From Cyanidioschyzon merolae (taxonomy: Eukaryota): a stretch of 64,000 bases of DNA. A program made the translations under genes and the position numbers. The stretch lies in the NCBI GenBank assembly GCA_000091205.1, contig AP006491.2. One strand, 5' to 3'. This document shows positions 44,605 to 55,284 of this stretch, piece by piece (within the stretch, counting starts at the first letter, position 1; every line of letters starts with the position of its first letter). The notes beneath the pieces were generated by a model that saw only the letters and a program-made list of their open reading frames with translations, did not search any database and was not told the DNA's origin.

Positions 44605-47016
44605 ATGCGTCCAGGCCAGGCGAGCGTGCTCATCTCCGTACGTGCGCAGGCGTGTGTGTCTGGATGTGCGTACATACTTTTTGCTGGAACGCCGGTTATT
44701 AAAGGCCGCATGTCTGCTGCAGGTTTCCCTAGAGTTTCGACGGCACTTTCCGCCGCGCTGAGGTCTAGGGGAGCACAACGCTGTGGAAGAGTATGGTGGG
44801 CGAGGGCGCCATCGCAGAGCTTGCGGGTTCTGCTTCGGAACTACACACCAAGTCTGGGTTCTTTCGGGCTACGGCGGCAGCTTTATCGTCTGGAGCGAGA
44901 AGCAGACTTGTACCCTGAAGATTGGAGAAAGCAGATGATACTCTTAGAACAGCTAAACCGAGAAGGATCTGTTCAAAGTGCCGAGAAAGTTATTCAACGC
45001 ATCGAATCCGGGAGGTATGCTCTCGGAGAAGAGGCAAAGTACGAGTACATCAAAGCCCTTGTACGAGTTGGAAAACTGGAGGAGCGGTCGAAAACTGGCG
45101 GTGGCCTCGAGTCCGTGTTGCGAAATATTCCAGGCTCTGGAAGTGTCCTTTCTCGAACTGGGAATAGTTCGGAAAGTGGTCGCCTTCCCAGAGGCGCTGC
45201 CGAGCCTCCGACTGCCGCGCGCTACACAGACAACTTTAACAGTCCTCTCCAAATGTATGCCGGTGAAGGCACGCACCCAACGAGCGCCGGTGCGACAGCT
45301 CCCTCCTCAGCGCGAGCGTTGATGGGAGGTGCCTCCGGCGGAGCGTCCGGCAGCACCGAGGAACCGCTTGTCGTCACCCTTGCTGAGCCTACCTTCAGGA
45401 CGCAACTGTGGAAAACGATCCGCACGCTTGGCACTGTATTTCTGCTAATGTCAGGAGTTGGTGCAGTTATGGAGGAGCGGGGCCTATCCCGAGGAATCAG
45501 TATGCAGCAAGAGGTGCTACCCGAAGAAGGCAACAAAAATCTGCGACGGTTCTCTGATGTGAAAGGCTGTGACGAGGCGAAGGATGAACTCATAGAGATA
45601 GTCGAGTATTTGAAGGCGCCACAGAAGTTTACGCGCCTCGGCGGAAAACTCCCCAAGGGCGTGCTTCTAGTCGGGCCACCTGGAACAGGCAAGACACTGT
45701 TGGCGAGAGCGATTGCGGGCGAGGCTGGCGTTCCGTTTTTCTACGCATCCGGCTCTGAATTTGAAGAAATGTTCGTAGGCGTCGGCGCTCGCCGCGTGCG
45801 GGAACTCTTTAACGCAGCTAAGAAGCGGGCTCCCTGTATCGTGTTCATTGACGAAATAGACGCAATAGGCGGCAAGCGGAACCCCAAAGATCAAATGTAT
45901 ATGAAAATGACCCTGAATCAGCTGCTTGTTGAGCTCGACGGATTTTCGTCCTCTGAGGGTATTATCGTGATCGGAGCTACGAACTTCCCGGAATCGCTCG
46001 ACAAGGCGTTGATTCGTCCGGGCAGATTCGATCGCCATGTTATCGTTCCGAACCCTGACGTTCGTGGACGAGAAGAGATCCTCACCCTTCACACCGAGAA
46101 GATTCCGCTTGCGGACGATGTGAATCTCGAAATACTTGCTCGGAGCACGCCTGGATTTTCTGGCGCAGATCTAGCGAATCTGGTGAACATGGCAGCTTTG
46201 AAGGCGGCCCGTGAAGGCGCTTCCCTCGTTACTATGGAGAACTTTGAGTTCGCCAAAGACAAGATAATCATGGGTGCCGAGAGACGCAGCGCAGTTATAT
46301 CAGAGGAAAACCGTCGTTTAACTGCTTACCACGAAAGCGGGCACGCGCTAGTCGCGCTCTTCACGGATGGCGCGCTGCCGGTGCATAAGGCAACCATTGT
46401 GCCGCGTGGCGTCGCTCTCGGCATGGTCGCGCAGCTCCCGGAAAAGGATATGACGTCTATGTCACGCAAACAGATGCTTGCTAAACTCGACGTGTGCATG
46501 GGCGGCAGAGCTGCTGAGGAACTGATTTTCGGACCTGAAAATGTCACGAATGGGGCGGAGTCTGATATAGAGCAGGCAACAGAGCTGGCAGAGGCAATGG
46601 TGACCCGCTTTGGTATGAGTCCCAAGCTGGGTAACATGGCTTACGACATTCAGAGGGAGGTATGTGGGGAGCTTCTGCACGTGGTGGAGAAGGAGGTCAA
46701 ACGATTTTTGGACGAAAGCTACCAGCGGGCAAAGCAAGTGCTGCTGACTCATGAAAAGGAACTCCATCGAGTGGCAGCGGCCCTACTGGAGAAAGAAACC
46801 TTGGGCCGGGAGGAGATCATTCGTATCGTGAGGGGCGATCCTCTCCGCGAGCAGTTGTCGGAGGAAACGACCGTGAAATCCGAAGAGGAGGCCGCCGACA
46901 CTGGCAGCCTGGCTGAAAACGTTGCAGCAAGAGCACGAGGCGCTGTCGCCGCAGCAGCGGCAAAAGCTGGCGTGCCTCGGCCTGGAAAAGTCCCGGCAAC
47001 AGCGAAAACGGCCTGA
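44605..47016 (+). CDS. FTSH: ATP-dependent zinc metalloprotease FtsH (organellar AAA protease) with N-terminal targeting/extension region
   Basis: Walker [24 protein letters not shown]. Walker [17 protein letters not shown] …[21 protein letters not shown]…. Zinc-binding HEXXH …[11 protein letters not shown]…. C-terminal helical domain. Confidence 0.9.
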   Translation: MRPGQASVLISVRAQACVSGCAYILFAGTPVIKGRMSAAGFPRVSTALSAALRSRGAQRCGRVWWARAPSQSLRVLLRNYTPSLGSFGLRRQLYRLEREADLYPEDWRKQMILLEQLNREGSVQSAEKVIQRIESGRYALGEEAKYEYIKALVRVGKLEERSKTGGGLESVLRNIPGSGSVLSRTGNSSESGRLPRGAAEPPTAARYTDNFNSPLQMYAGEGTHPTSAGATAPSSARALMGGASGGASGSTEEPLVVTLAEPTFRTQLWKTIRTLGTVFLLMSGVGAVMEERGLSRGISMQQEVLPEEGNKNLRRFSDVKGCDEAKDELIEIVEYLKAPQKFTRLGGKLPKGVLLVGPPGTGKTLLARAIAGEAGVPFFYASGSEFEEMFVGVGARRVRELFNAAKKRAPCIVFIDEIDAIGGKRNPKDQMYMKMTLNQLLVELDGFSSSEGIIVIGATNFPESLDKALIRPGRFDRHVIVPNPDVRGREEILTLHTEKIPLADDVNLEILARSTPGFSGADLANLVNMAALKAAREGASLVTMENFEFAKDKIIMGAERRSAVISEENRRLTAYHESGHALVALFTDGALPVHKATIVPRGVALGMVAQLPEKDMTSMSRKQMLAKLDVCMGGRAAEELIFGPENVTNGAESDIEQATELAEAMVTRFGMSPKLGNMAYDIQREVCGELLHVVEKEVKRFLDESYQRAKQVLLTHEKELHRVAAALLEKETLGREEIIRIVRGDPLREQLSEETTVKSEEEAADTGSLAENVAARARGAVAAAAAKAGVPRPGKVPATAKTA

Positions 47017-47871
47017 GCATAGAGCTGAAGGTGCAAATGCGATTGCTTTGCACCTCATCAGCTGAGCAGAAGAGCAACCTGGATTCTGCGTCCGGCTTCG
47101 GTTTGTTTCCGGGAACCGTGTCCTGTACAGGTATGACGATGCTCAAAGGTACATGAACCCGAATCGCTATTTCGAATGTGTGCAAATGCAAGTCTCCTCT
47201 GGAAAATTTCGTTCTGGATATCTCAACAGGTCGCAATGACCGTTGATTCGACGTACACCTGTACGCCCAGAAGACAGGATGAAAAGGAATGGATCTAGAT
47301 CTATCCGGGTCCGAACTAAATGCACATAAAATCAAAAATCCCACGATGCTAGGTGCTGCATGTTTCAGCGCTGACGCATTCTCTCTATAGGTGATGATGC
47401 TCTTCGCGTCGGCGGGATTTGGTAAGCTTCTTAAGAGAGGTACGAGGCACCCAGTCACCACCAAAACCATACATGCGTCATCATTTTTGACGGAAAGTAG
47501 GAATTCGCTCCTCATCGGACACTACAAACGGGTTTTGAGTCGCCACCCGAGCAGTTCGTTCCACGCATGCAGTTCGCTTGCGGCATTTTGAGGTTGAAGC
47601 ACTCTTGGTCCAAGAAAAAGCGTTTCGATATCCTGTTCGCGGCTGAGGGACTTTACATTGTTACTGGAACGAATATGTCGGTTCACAAACCTGGATATAT
47701 TGTCGAAACACTTCAGTATAAACAATCCTCAGAAACGAGAAATTTCAGACGTCGTAGTGCAACGTTTTTACTGGCACTCGAGCATCGTCACAGAGCTTTT
47801 TTATTGCCTGCTTCGAGACCGGCCTTAGAGCCAATTTTGAAGTTTGCGGCATATACATATGTTAAGCAGAA

Positions 47872-49410
47872 AAAAAGATTCGCAATTGTGTGCGGTAAAA
47901 GAATATCCACTCGCAGAAGCTTATTATCCTTTTTTGACCCGCCGCCTGCAATCGGTTCCAGTTGATTCACGCACACTTCGAGCCTCAGCAGTTGCCACAT
48001 AGCGTTGGATCGTGTCAGCTGCTCGGGTCTCGTCTTCAGCACAACGCATCGTCTGATATTGGTAGCAGCGTTCAAGTCTCGGCTTACGAGCTCCATGCGT
48101 TTACTGCCGATCCCTGATCTCATCACACCGAGGGTTCTTAGTACTCGTGCCCTCTGTTCCGCTACAGTCTCGTCATCGTTCCACTCGACAAACACCGTCC
48201 CTCGCCTATCTCCTTCTTCTCCTTCTTCGCCACTTGCTCTTCTTCGCTCGATGGTCGGCGAGAGGAGGCATTTCTCGTTCTGGCTGCGTCGAATCCAGCA
48301 ATGACGGAACTCAGGATCCCCGACTTCCACATCCATACCATTCCCTTGGATTCTCTGTTTCTTCAAAATCATAGCGATTGTTCATTCGTTTAGGTGAGGA
48401 CCTTCCCGCAAAAGCTAGGACTCGCGAAAGTAAGACACCATGCGCCCGTGTGTCAACGTGTGCCGGAAGCTTCAGCGATGACCCCACTGGAGCGACATCA
48501 TACGTTTCACAATGGAAAACATTCTTTTGATGAGGTTGAATCAAGTAGAGCACAGAGGAATGAAAAGCAGCACTATACCTCGACAGGATCGGCAAAAGCC
48601 CGAACGCAAGGGGAATGGTGAAATGCCACGGTGTCCAGCAGAAGGACGTCGCCCGACGTCGGGGCGAAATCTTCCATGATTCGATCAAGTGGCTGCTGTT
48701 GGTCGATGAGCCTTCTCCACTAGTGAATCTGAGGCCGCAAATAAAGTCCACTCCGTCTGGAGCAGATGATGACATCCTCGCTCTCTTCGAGCTCGATCGT
48801 ACATCCAGCGGGTGCACTGTCCGCGAATACCCATTTACGCTCCGGCCGCCTCGTCCGAAGCAAGTTTCATCGACTGAACAAGCAAACCGACGTCCGTGTC
48901 CCGGTCCCTGTGCTCCATACGGATAGTGGCGTTCCACGAACGCTGAAGTAGCTGTGACCTCGGTGGGAAATGGCCGTGCACGAACTGAGACTTTCTTTTT
49001 GCGACTGTACCCCGTGTATTCAGGACCACTCGAACACGCTTTTAAGGAACAGGGACGCGCGTAGCGACTACTATTTTCGCATTTGTCTTTCGTAAAAGGT
49101 GTCAACGGGCCGTTTTCTACCGTTGATCGCGCGCATTCTCTGAGAATATCGATGTTTGACGCAGAGTGCATCTACTTCTTTCGGCCAGTGTTCGTCAACC
49201 ATCTGAGTACTGTTGTACGACCGACCTGGAGGAGGAACGCAGTCCTCCATGCACTGTTCAGGAAAGAATATGTATCGCACAGGCGATTCGCCTACGATCT
49301 ATCGGGTACATGGCATCGTGATTTCTGGCCCCCGCCCTAGACCGCAAACAGCATTCGATCATACACAGTGCGGCAGGAATACAGTTGAGTTTATAGACCA
49401 TTAGTCCATG
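47872..49410 (-). mobile_element. Fanzor/TnpB-like repeat element, copy D (variant-1 3' end); with Repeat-2 it forms a 2.6 kb composite at 47872..50489
   Basis: ORFs 48311..49171 and 47788..48372 (…SRDLNAATNIRRC…). The 3' module aaaaagattcgcaattgtgtgcggtaaaagaatatccactcgcagaagcttattatcc is shared only with copy A. Confidence 0.6.
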
Positions 49411-50489
49411 TCAGATTTATAAAGAGAACACTAAACTGCTTTCTCTGTGGCCGTCGTTCGATTTGCTTCTGAACTTTTGTTCAGACGTACAGCTTCGGCA
49501 TTCGAAGCGCATCAGTAATGTTCTACGAACTCATAGGTATGTTGGAGATTCCGGGTCCTCGTTTCTGAGCACTCCTTCGACTCTTTGGTGCTGAATGTCG
49601 TGGACATCACGGTCAGCGAGACGTCGACGACGACCCCGGACGCTGCTTCTGGGAGCAACCGGTATCAGCAGCCAGTTTCTAAACCTTGGTCGAATATTCC
49701 TCAAATACGAGGGCGCCGAGGCGAAGATAGGCCTGCCGCCTGCGAGCGAGCCCGGCGTGAGTCTCAGACGTCTTGGCCGCATCGTCGCTAATAAACAGTA
49801 CATGCGGGCTCGACACCCACGAGTTGGCAAGGTGTCTCGATTCGCGTCAAGCTCATCGGCACTTTTTGTGCGAAGAATTGGCAGAAAAACGAAGAGCGGG
49901 CAAGGAGGCGGGGTCCGAGTACTCGAATCCGACAGCGCGCACACAAATGTGCAGCGAACAGAGTACTCGCTGAGGAAATCACCCGGGAGAGGCCTGTGAT
50001 CATTGGGCATGGCGCAGCGCGCGGAAACGGAGGACGGCATCGGGCGGAGCCTTCCGGAACGGTAAAGCGCATGTACCGAGGGATGGGTCAAGCGTTTACG
50101 CGCCACACAGTGGCGCTCAGAGGCGGTGGAGGACTGGTGGATGCACATGGGAACACCTGACCAGGTCCAAGTGTAACGGCTGGGGAGTGCACCCCGAGGC
50201 CGTGCAGAAAGAGGATGCAAATGGTAAACGAAGCTCAGATCGTGACTCGCGCCAGTGCATAAAACGGGTCTACAACAGCGAGAAGCCGCGAAACAGAGAC
50301 TTCAACGCTACGATCAGTATCCTTCGGCTGGTGACCATGGGGCTGGAGAGACATGAGCAACCGGCGTATTCAAAGCCAGAGGCGAGAGGGGAAATGGAAG
50401 CGATAGCGGTAAAAGCCCGCCAAGGCCGTCGTTTGCGGTAACGGTGAGTGGCACGAACTTTCGAGTATAGTCGTGAGTTCGGGAACATA
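49411..50489 (-). repeat. Repeat-2, copy 3, directly abutting Fanzor-like copy D
   Basis: Near-identical to the other two Repeat-2 copies. Its far end (…gttcgggaacata) is shared with copy 2. Confidence 0.7.
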
Positions 50490-51816
50490 ATCCTTTTTGT
50501 AGTTACCTGGGTCTAAAATCGAAGGCTTGAACGAGATGCCCTATGGATGCGCGGTAGCTGCTATCATCTTTGGAGGAGACGGCTTCCCTTTTCTAATCAT
50601 CACGACGTTACACAAGCTTGGGCCCATTTCTTTCGTCGAAAATGGGGCCTGGATCGTTCCAGCGATGGATCCGCGCAACGCGAAGGCACCAAAGACAGAA
50701 ATTAATGGTAAACTGCGAACGGGTATACTGGATTAATCTGCTGCCCGGGGGGTTCCGTGTAAATTACATAGCACGTACGCGTGGTGGGCCTCATGCTCAG
50801 TAACTTTCGCGAAACTTCTCTCGGGCGCGATGCGGTTTCCAATCAATACCCTCGAATCAGTATTGTTTCGAGTCGTGACGGATTGAAGCATCCCCTGCGC
50901 TTTTCCCCCGAGCGATCGCAAGCAATGATTCACGGAATTCCCTGGCAAGAGCTCCACGAGATGCTTTTTTGCTCTAGGAGCACATGGTGCCGGATTGAAT
51001 TACCTGAGACTTATCTTGGCATGGTAGCCCTACCCTCCAAGGTAGCTACTGTCAGCCAACTCAGATACTAAAAAGCGAGGCATCTCGTTCAGATATCTGC
51101 TCACGCGCGTCGAACCGGACTGTGGGGATTTCGTGAGCTTTCCTGGCGCGTTTACCTCAGCCATAGGCATTTGCTGTAGTCACTGGAACCGAGGGCACAC
51201 TCGAGGTCTCATGCAGAATATCGCTTGGCGCTGGTATATTACCAAATCATATGCAGAGAATTAATGATTTGAGCGTATTGCACAAAACCGCTGTTCAACG
51301 AAAGAGAGGAGATTCATTTCGTGTAAAGCGGGCGAACGGAGACTCTTAAAGCCGGAACGGGATCGACGACATCAGATTTGCACGCGCGCTTCGGGTCCGA
51401 AGCTGAACGTGCGCGACTCCCGACAAGAGGCCCCGTCCATTTTTTTACCTCTGGAAGATTTACACTGACTATGGATCTCCCGTGGCGCGATTTGTGTTTG
51501 CATCCGGAAAAACGATCATTTTTCCACACTATATCATCACGTCCTGTCGCCCGCCACCCACATTTTCCAGACAGAGACACCGTTCATATTGCTTCCTCAG
51601 TAGAGCACCAAACTGTTGTGAGTACCGAAATTAGCGCCTAAAATGCCAGGGTAGACGCCCCAACGAGACGGAACGGCTTTGCCTTACCCTCATGGGCATC
51701 GGCCTCAGAGGCCACGTCCATGAGCGGTCGCAATCGCCACTTATGTGGAGCGTAGCGCACGCTTGCTGCACGAATCCCGGACTTCTTACAAGTGTGGCGC
51801 ATGGAAAAGTTGGCAG

Positions 51817-52509
51817 TCACATTACTATCGCCCGTGAACTCCAAAATTCAACGGCTTGAAGGTACAACTGCCTGTCGAAAGGCACACTGCTACCACCTTC
51901 CGTCAGGATTGCGTTTCGCATAATAGTTATTGGTTGCATGGGAGTCTCATACGGTTCATCCTGCGCTTTAATGCTCACAACGCGCCACGGGGCAGGGTCC
52001 TCCGGTGGCTTTTCAGCCATCGCTAGCGCCTCTTTGATGCACTGCTCTCGGGAATACAGAATAATGTCAAGATAGCGAGCAACGGGCAAACTTTCGTAAC
52101 CACCGATTTTTTCAAGTGGAAAATATCGAATTAGTACCGGAACCTCTTTCTCTGTGCGGGCATCATATTTCGTCCTCAAAAGAATTTCGTTCTCGGGTGT
52201 TATCTTCCAAACTGAAACGCGTGCGTTTGTAAAGTTTGGGATGAACAAATGCTTACAGAAATCAGCGTACCCTTGTACGAGAGCAGGTTTGTCTCTGAAC
52301 TCTAGCTCTAGAGCGAGTCGTTCCCTGTAATACTCGTTCAGCTTATCCTCGAACAGCTGAGGTTCAAAGAATATTCTCGTCCCACTGTGAGCAGGGTTAT
52401 TAAACTGACGCAGAACGAAGCGATCGAGCTTAAGGAAACTAGAAGTTGCCATAGAAGCGTCAACGACGATCGGAAATGTGGCGTCCAGATGGCTCTGATT
52501 TACGGCCAT
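51817..52509 (-). CDS. Conserved hypothetical protein (230 aa), domain not recognised
   Basis: ORF with protein-like composition (…FEPQLFEDKLNEYYRERLALELEFRDKPALVQGYADFCKHLF…), divergent from P5CR. No family I can name. Confidence 0.4.
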   Translation of the reverse strand: MAVNQSHLDATFPIVVDASMATSSFLKLDRFVLRQFNNPAHSGTRIFFEPQLFEDKLNEYYRERLALELEFRDKPALVQGYADFCKHLFIPNFTNARVSVWKITPENEILLRTKYDARTEKEVPVLIRYFPLEKIGGYESLPVARYLDIILYSREQCIKEALAMAEKPPEDPAPWRVVSIKAQDEPYETPMQPITIMRNAILTEGGSSVPFDRQLYLQAVEFWSSRAIVM

Positions 52510-53372
52510 GGAAGATTGGAGTTCTCATTAGCCCGAAAGTCAAAATGGAGCCCCTAAGAATAGGTTTTCTTGGCGGAGGTGCCATGTGTGAAGCCATACT
52601 CCGTGGGCTGTTGGACAAAAAGGTTGTGCAGAGCTCCGATGTATGGGTAAGCGACGTCGCTGAGTCTCGTCTGGAAGTAATGCGAGGTCTCGGCGTCAAC
52701 GCCACTGCAAACGGTCGAAAGGTAGTTGAAAAAGCCTCTGTGATTTTGCTTGCCGTCAAACCGGACACGGTACCTGAGGTACTACGCGATGTTCACGACC
52801 TGATCAAGCAGAGCCAACTCCTTGTGTCAATCTGCGCTGGAGTGCCTTTACAAGCTTTGGAGGACCTCGTGCCGGACGGTGTGGCGGTCGTCCGAGTCAT
52901 GCCCAACACCCCGTGCCTCGTCGGCGCCGCAGGCTCCGCCTATGCTCTCGGAAAGAACGCTTCACTCGCAAACCATGCGAATATCGTGGAGGCAATATTT
53001 GGAGCCGTTGGACTGACTGTCCGTGTTCCAGAGAAGCTGCTCGATGCAGTTACGGGAGTGAGTGGCTCCGGACCGGCATACGTTTTTATGTTCATGGAGG
53101 CGCTCGCTGACGGAGGCGTTTGTGCGGGGCTCCCACGTGACATTGCAAAGAAACTGGCTGTCCAAACAGTGTACGGATCAGCGAAGATGGCCATGGAAAA
53201 CGAAAACATGCATCTCGCAGAGCTCCGTAACCGCGTTGAATCACCGGGTGGAACAACAATAGCAGCGTCTCGCGCTCTAGAGGCAAACAGCTTCCGTGCA
53301 ACTGTCATCGGCGCGGTCATGGCCGCGGCCCAGAGAAGCGCTGAAATGCGAACAAAGCCGTCGCCGTTCTAG
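52476..53372 (+). CDS. P5CR: Pyrroline-5-carboxylate reductase (proline biosynthesis)
   Basis: NAD(P)-binding start …MEPLRIGFLGGGAMCEAIL… (likely true start ~52545). …LAVKPDTVPEVL…. ProC signature …GVSGSGPAYVFMFMEALADGGV… and …SPGGTTIAA…. Confidence 0.85.
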   Translation: MWRPDGSDLRPWKIGVLISPKVKMEPLRIGFLGGGAMCEAILRGLLDKKVVQSSDVWVSDVAESRLEVMRGLGVNATANGRKVVEKASVILLAVKPDTVPEVLRDVHDLIKQSQLLVSICAGVPLQALEDLVPDGVAVVRVMPNTPCLVGAAGSAYALGKNASLANHANIVEAIFGAVGLTVRVPEKLLDAVTGVSGSGPAYVFMFMEALADGGVCAGLPRDIAKKLAVQTVYGSAKMAMENENMHLAELRNRVESPGGTTIAASRALEANSFRATVIGAVMAAAQRSAEMRTKPSPF

Positions 53373-53459
53373 AAAGGGGGCATGGCCTTCGTCAGACTGA
53401 ACCGTAACATAGTGGAACGAGAATTGTTTTAAGACCGCAAAACCAGAAAGTAATTTCTC

Positions 53460-54284
53460 TCATGAATCTATATCCTCAGCAGAGCCAAGTCTTTGGCCAG
53501 TACCCCAGTGATGCCCCCGTATTTGTGAAAGAATGGAAGCGCTGCGGGGCTGAGTTATTTCGTTTCTCTGATTGCGAGGTTGGTTGCGTGGACGTTCTCC
53601 AAACAGTCGGTACATCCAACTGGGCGTTTTGGTGATTCCCGCTCTTTGGTGTCCATGAAGCGATGGATATATCGCATCCAAGAAGTAGAAGAGGTGACCA
53701 CTGAGCACGCCAACGATGCCTGGGATATCGAGCCGTCCTGCGAGCAGCGTATTAATTGCCAAAAGCGCGAAAGAAAGGTACGCAGCGGGGACGGCAAAGA
53801 CAAAGACATGAACTCGTTCACGTGGAAACTTTCGCGACCATACATGCATTATGGCCATCATTAAACATCTGCCGAGAATCGGAAGTGGTACCAAGACCAT
53901 TGAGGCCAAACACAAGAAAAACTCGATTACTACCAACATCCAAGTGTACTCAGCGGAAGAGCCCATGAAGACTCCGGTTTCGAGGGATTTTGAGAAGCGA
54001 TAAAGAAACACTAGATCGAACAGGAAATTCAAGCCGAGCGGCCCCAGAAGAAATGACGCTGTCAACGGCCGCCAGATCTCGTACTTTCGAAGGACCCGAT
54101 CCCAGTCAAGAAGTACCGCCCCAAACGGAACGAAACCCAGACCACAGGCAAGGGTGAATAAAGTGGCAGCAGTCAGCCAAGTTCTTGTCACCCGGGGAAT
54201 AGAATAATAGAACGAGGTTAGAGACAGCTCGTCCCCTCTCCAGTCACGAACGTTTGCCATTGTGCAGCAAGCAGTACGAAACAA
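53460..54284 (-). CDS. Derlin (Der1-like ERAD membrane protein)
   Basis: …FYYSIPRVTRTWLTAATLFTLAC…WRPLTASFLLGPLGLNFLFDLVFLYRFSKSLE…, with four TM segments typical of Der1-like proteins. Confidence 0.8.
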   Translation of the reverse strand: MFRTACCTMANVRDWRGDELSLTSFYYSIPRVTRTWLTAATLFTLACGLGFVPFGAVLLDWDRVLRKYEIWRPLTASFLLGPLGLNFLFDLVFLYRFSKSLETGVFMGSSAEYTWMLVVIEFFLCLASMVLVPLPILGRCLMMAIMHVWSRKFPRERVHVFVFAVPAAYLSFALLAINTLLAGRLDIPGIVGVLSGHLFYFLDAIYPSLHGHQRAGITKTPSWMYRLFGERPRNQPRNQRNEITQPRSASILSQIRGHHWGTGQRLGSAEDIDS

Positions 54285-54303
54285 TTAGATTTAGGTTTCG
54301 CTC

Positions 54304-55284
54304 ATGGAATCGTGGAGACGTTCTTGCAAGTCGTGGAGGGAGCGCTTTTCCGATGATCTGGTTTATGAAATAAATATTCATACCGACGAATACTTCGGAA
54401 AATTGAAAATTTTTCTCCAACAGGCACCGTCTGGGAGTTACGTCAAGAAAAAGTTTAGAAGCTGCGAAGCCTCTGGTGGAGCAACTGTAGTGAAAAACTT
54501 GAGCTGCGGAGCACCAGTAACGTCAGGAACTCTGGCGTCGCACGGTCCACATCCCAGCGATTTCCGAATCGTCGGTTATGCTCTTAACGAAAAGCGCCTG
54601 TGTCGAGATATTACACCTCCAGAAGAACCGAATCGTTTGTGCGACAGCGCTGCCACTGGCTGGACCGCCTGGGATGCTAGCCTAGTACTAGCGAAGTGGT
54701 TGGAAAGGCGGCCTTACCTCGTGTGTAACAAGTTATGTCTTGAGCTCGGAGCTGGTATCGGCTTAGTATCCTCAGTAGCCTACTGCCTCGGGGCAAAGCT
54801 AACTGTATCCACAGACCGGGACGATGTGATATTCCTCCTGAAAAGCAACTTAAACCGTACAGTGGAGGCCTACATAGCGTATAATAATCAACTTAGGGTG
54901 AAACGAGCAGTTGACTCGAAGCTCGCGGCAGAAGTACTTCACTGGGAATCGAAGGAACATTTGGAGCGTGTACTGGCCGTGTATGGCGCTCCTGAAGTCA
55001 TTTTATGTTCAGATCTGGTTTACGAAGAGTTAGCTTCCCGCGCGCTTGTGCACGTACTTGTCCGAATATCGCGAGCAAGCTTGCAAATGGGGAGAAAACC
55101 TTTGATCATAATGGCGCAGGACGAGCACGTCCCTGAAGTTCTCGAACAATTCTTGGCCGGCATAAGTGCGTTTTTCACTGTTGACCGTGTGCCATGCTTA
55201 GATTTTAATCCGAATTTTAGCAGTGAGTTGATTAGAGTTTACCTTTTCCGGCCAAAAGCTGAACACTTTTTATATAATCAGTAA
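54304..55284 (+). CDS. Methyltransf_16-type (FAM86/METTL21-like) protein-lysine methyltransferase
   Basis: …TGWTAWDASLVLAKWLERRPYLVCNKLCLELGAGIGLVSSVAYCLGAKLTVSTDRD… (SAM-binding motif I and post-I), then …ILCSDLVYEE…. Confidence 0.7.
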   Translation: MESWRRSCKSWRERFSDDLVYEINIHTDEYFGKLKIFLQQAPSGSYVKKKFRSCEASGGATVVKNLSCGAPVTSGTLASHGPHPSDFRIVGYALNEKRLCRDITPPEEPNRLCDSAATGWTAWDASLVLAKWLERRPYLVCNKLCLELGAGIGLVSSVAYCLGAKLTVSTDRDDVIFLLKSNLNRTVEAYIAYNNQLRVKRAVDSKLAAEVLHWESKEHLERVLAVYGAPEVILCSDLVYEELASRALVHVLVRISRASLQMGRKPLIIMAQDEHVPEVLEQFLAGISAFFTVDRVPCLDFNPNFSSELIRVYLFRPKAEHFLYNQ

